The position numbers and the translations under genes are program-made. The notes beneath the pieces are model-generated. The model worked only from the letters and a program-made list of their open reading frames with translations. It was not told the origin of the DNA and did not search any database. This document shows positions 59,701 to 64,000 of a DNA stretch of 64,000 nucleotides, in pieces. Each line of letters begins with the position of its first letter. Within the stretch, counting starts at the first letter, position 1. The DNA comes from the human T2T-CHM13v2.0 reference genome, Homo sapiens: assembly GCF_009914755.1 (NCBI RefSeq), contig NC_060926.1; one strand, written 5' to 3'.

Positions 59701-60529
59701 TTGTTCATTCTTGTGATTCTGGTGTGGATTGACACTGACACAGACCGGGCAGCCACTGTCTCAGACGATAGAGAGTCTGTGCTTTGGTGATGTACATGCT
59801 AATAGATACCCATCAGAATATTACATTAACATCACCAGTGTATCAAACGTACAACTTAACCATCTAGATATCTGATGAGATGCCCATATAGACCTATTCT
59901 AACAGGAGATAAGCTCTGTGGCTTTGAAAAGAAATTGATAGATGCCAAAGGAAACACATGATTAACAGATATGCAAGAAAACAAACAAGCGTAGTTTGCA
60001 TGTCTGTTTCATTGGACAAAATTGTCAAGCTCTAAAGTTTAATTTCAGTCACATTTTTATAAAATATGATAAATATATACACCGTGGTTTTGCTAATTTC
60101 AGAACATCTTTCATTTTAAGAATTATTTTTATTTCCATATCGAACAAAAATGGCACTGTTACAGTTAACACTTGATATTATCTTCTAGATTGAAGCTTTA
60201 ATGAAAATCTGCTTTCTTAGGGTCAGGACTCTTTCACCCTGCATATTTGTGCTTGTGAACGTGTGTGTGTTTACACAAGTTTCCCTATATATTATAGCAT
60301 ATGCAACACTAACATTAAAAATTAACATAAATTAATGAAGACAATATACTTCCATAATGTCAAATCTTTAAACACTGTAGACTCCAGGGAAATGGAAATG
60401 GACTTCAGTTGTTGCTGAAACGTCTCTAATATATTGTATTCCACTCTGCAGAGATAATGGCCATGTCTACATGACAAACTGCAAAATTCAGTATCATATC
60501 AGATCTAGATTTTTTAATGGATTTTTTAC

Positions 60530-60740
60530 TAGTTGCCAGAAATTTTGCATATATTATCTCATTCCACTTTTGCAGCAAGTGAGAGAGGTGGGTATTTTAT
60601 TCCCATTTCATAGATGAGGAAATAAGGCACCAAGAAGATAAATGATGTGCACAGAATCACCCAGAAAGAAAAAGAACTAAGATCCTGAGCTCAGGACTGT
60701 CTGGCTCTAAACCCCTTTATGTTATGATATGTTCTCAAAA
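60530..60740 (-). mobile_element. MIR SINE
   Basis: ggtattttattcccatttcatagatgaggaaataaggcac...ctgtctggctctaaacc. Confidence 0.8.
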
Positions 60741-61056
60741 CAAATATTTGAGAAGTGAACACAAGAATAATGACAACCAAGCCAATAATAGCTCCTCTGA
60801 AAATGTTTCCCCTTCTCTGAAATATGGTATTACAGGATCTTGGAAGCAGAGGGATCTGCAGAAGTGCTTGCAACACTTTCAGCCTTAACCAGCATCAGAG
60901 ACAAAAATCCTTTCTGGAATGAGGTGGGTAGGCATGGGACTGTTGGAGGGGCACATGAAGATTCTATTCACCGCAGGTACACAAACAAGTCAGTCATGGA
61001 GATGAAAGGTTCAAATCTTACTATTTAGCCAAAATCTACCATAATTTTTTGACCTT

Positions 61057-61420
61057 TGTGTTAGTCCATTCTCATGGTGCTATAAGGGCATACCCAAACT
61101 GGGTAATTCATAAAGGAAAGAAGTTTAATTGACTCACAGTTCCGCAGGGCTAGGGAGACCTTAGGAAACATAATCATGGCAGAAAGGGAAGCAAACACAT
61201 CCTTCTTCACGTGATGTCAGCAAGGAGAAGAACGAGTACTCAGTGAAGGGGGATGTCCCTGATAAAACCATCAGATTTCATGAGAACTAACTCACTATCA
61301 TGAGAACAGGATGGGGGAAAACGCCCTGATTCTATTATCTCCACCTGATCCCTTCCATGACCTGTCGGGAGACTACAATTCAAGATGAGATTTGGGTGGG
61401 GACACAGCCAAACCATATCA
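61057..61420 (-). mobile_element. THE1 (THE1C-like) MaLR solo LTR
   Basis: tgtgttagtccattctca...gatgagatttgggtggggacacagccaaaccatatca; cctt on both flanks. Confidence 0.95.
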
Positions 61421-63471
61421 CCTTCTATAAAGAAAATAAGCCCTAGGAAAAAATGCAGGAATATTTCTTTTACTGATGAATGGAACTTATAAACAACATC
61501 TAGAAGAACTTTTCAAAGAGTCTGCTACACCCTTCTTGGGATCTTATTCCCTAGAAAAAGTCGGATTCAATTGGGGATATGGAGATGTGCAAAGCATTAG
61601 AAACAAGTGACTGCAACTTTTTCCAAAAGATTCATAAATAGTAAATGACATTTTTTTCTGTAGGTTGACTCATTTAAGTTCTACCTGATATGTGTTTGTT
61701 AACATGGAGTATGCTTTAAAAAGGTGCAGTAAACCTATTGTTCTTTCCTATTAGATAGTTAAAAGGAAACATACATGAATTCATTTGAAAATAGGTTTAG
61801 GTAAATACATGGCACAAAGTAATTCTAGTTATTTGATCTAAGTTATGAAAAATGGTATGCTCCTACTGACAACACAGAATTGACCAATATCCAAAGCAGG
61901 CAGCTTTCATGGGACTGTGCTCATTGTCAACAAATGTTGGGAAAAGGTCAATGGTTAATTAAATAATCCATCACCTCAGGATAGAGAGTAGTTCTCAACT
62001 CTGACAATCAGTGACAGAAATATTAAAAGGTCAAAAAATGAGTTACAATATATTCTTGTTTGTTATTATGTATTATAAAGATGTGGCTCGATGCAAGAAG
62101 TAGAGGATACCAAAGGTTCACATCATTCTAGAAACAGGCTTCCAAGTAAATGCAGTTTGGATTATTTACTGGTATGAACAGCGTGAATTCCTCTGGAGCC
62201 ATAGGCTTCTTTTGATTTGCACACTTTTTGAATAATACGCTTATGGACAAAGAACGTTTTGTCTCCATACTTGAGAAACCATGTGATGAGGGTGGAGTGG
62301 GGGTTCAGGGGAGAAGCTTCTTTTTTTGAGAATTGCTTTCCCTGGGGTCTGGTGATTTCAAGTTGCTATTTGCACTGTAAAAGAAGGTCTTTGCAAACGT
62401 GGTAGCTTTCATCTGCTGAGTGTACTTTCTTCTTATACTGTATAACTCTGTCATTCTCAGAGCATAGTAACATCTCCAGTTTCCTTACATCAAGTCCAGA
62501 ATAACCCTTCTGTGAATTAAAAGCGCCATGCAAACTTGATATATTGATTTGACCTAATTTCCTTTTCCCAGCATTGGTTTATTCATTATGCTTTCCAGAC
62601 TTTAGCTTTTGTTTTGTTTTTTATTCAATGGGAATTATTATTTAATTTGGGCTGCCTTATCTAGCAAAAATTCTTTCTCTATTACCCTCCCTCATTCCTT
62701 CTTCCTGCCCCAGAGTGCCGGTGATTCATTCTGAGTTTTTCAGTCTCAAGTGGAAGCATTTTTTTTCTTCTGTGCTATAGGTTGACTAAAAGAAATACCA
62801 CTCACTTTGGGCTTCCTACTCTCCTTTCTCTTTTACCTTTTGGGTCCAAAATATGGAACACGGTCAATGAAAAGAGGTGGCCCAGAATAACTGCTTTCCA
62901 GGAAGCCATAAATCATGTGTGATTAAAGTAATTGGCAACAATAGAAAGAAAACATGTTCCTGCTTTGACTCTTTCATTTGCACATGAGAGGAAGCTGGTC
63001 ACCATTTGAGATCACCATAGGTTTATGAGAGATAATGCTTTATTTGAATAGAAAAATGAAGCCTCTTACTTGTCCCTTGAGAATGTGGGGCTCAGCAAGT
63101 GATATTATATGGCCACGTCACCCTGCTGAAATGTTCGTTTATATGGCTTCTAAACGAGGGGTGCTTCGCCAGGGACTTTGACCCATGACTGTGCACATAG
63201 CTTTACCCCCTTGCCGTCTGGGTGATTGTGGCTATTTCCAATATGGGCAAGTGTTATATGATTATTTTATCTCTTACTGTAAAGCGTTTTGAGAGCCTTT
63301 GTATGAGAGGCAATATAAAAATAAATTGAATTGAACTATGGCTTCACCTCCTCACTTTTTAGTGCAGAAACCTTTAGAGCAAAAAGTGCAGAGCTGTGAC
63401 AAAGGACAAGATTAAGACGATGTCAGGAAAATGGTTAGCTCTGGAGAGCCCTGACCCTGCAGGAGGAGTTT

Positions 63472-63543
63472 GAGACAGAGAGAGACAGAGAGAGACAGAC
63501 AGAAAGAGAGAGAGAGAGTGAGAGAGTGTGTTTGTGTGTTTGT
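63472..63543. repeat. Compound (GA/GACA)n-(TG)n microsatellite
   Basis: gagacagagagagacagagagagacagacagaaagagagagagagagtgagagagtgtgtttgtgtgtttgt. Confidence 0.9.
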
Positions 63544-64000
63544 CACACTTTGGCTATGTGTTATTTAATGTCTCTGCACAACTAGAGAAAATCACATTTG
63601 TATTTTTATTAAGTTAGTCATTTTGAATCATGAGAGATACAGAATCTACCTGAAGCTAATGCATTTCTACTAAGACAAGGCTTGTTAATTATACAAATAT
63701 ATCTTTTACATAACATATTACGGTGCATTAAAAGCTGCCTGGTTAGTCTCTGAAGGGCCAAGGTCGGAACCACATCATCTAACTTTCAGAATCGACAACT
63801 GTAATAATTTTTCTTTTAAAATAAAATAATCTTGGCTTAGGGTAATAGGTTTTTCCTGCAGAAATATGATTTTGTGTTTTATGACACTGCATCAATACAT
63901 TATTTTAATAAATGGCTCTTGGTTCACCAGAAGTGCTGTATTTTGACAATATCAGCCAACCTTTTCATTTGTTTAAGCAGGAAAAGTAGGGTGCCAAAAT

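Overview
AT-rich, repeat-dense hominid (probably human) genomic DNA with no recognisable cellular coding exon, RNA gene or CpG-island promoter. All recognisable ORFs derive from transposons. The main elements are a near full-length, disabled L1PA2/L1PA3-type LINE-1 on the minus strand (~17622-23624), a near full-length Tigger1 fused head-to-tail to a Tigger1 deletion derivative (42188-44846), nine Alus, several older L1/HAL1, L2 and MIR fragments, MaLR LTRs (MLT1, THE1) and DNA-transposon MITEs (MER63A, MER20, MADE1). Points worth checking are two L1 twin-priming inversions, loss of the ZNF93 site and of ORF0 in the young L1, a degenerate ~180-bp palindrome at 16294-16472, a possible ancient AmnSINE/L2-type tail near 63.3 kb, and a strong minus-strand retroelement bias suggesting an intron of a + strand transcript. 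I found no evidence for a novel gene system. Subfamily calls come from recalled consensus sequences, not from a database search.
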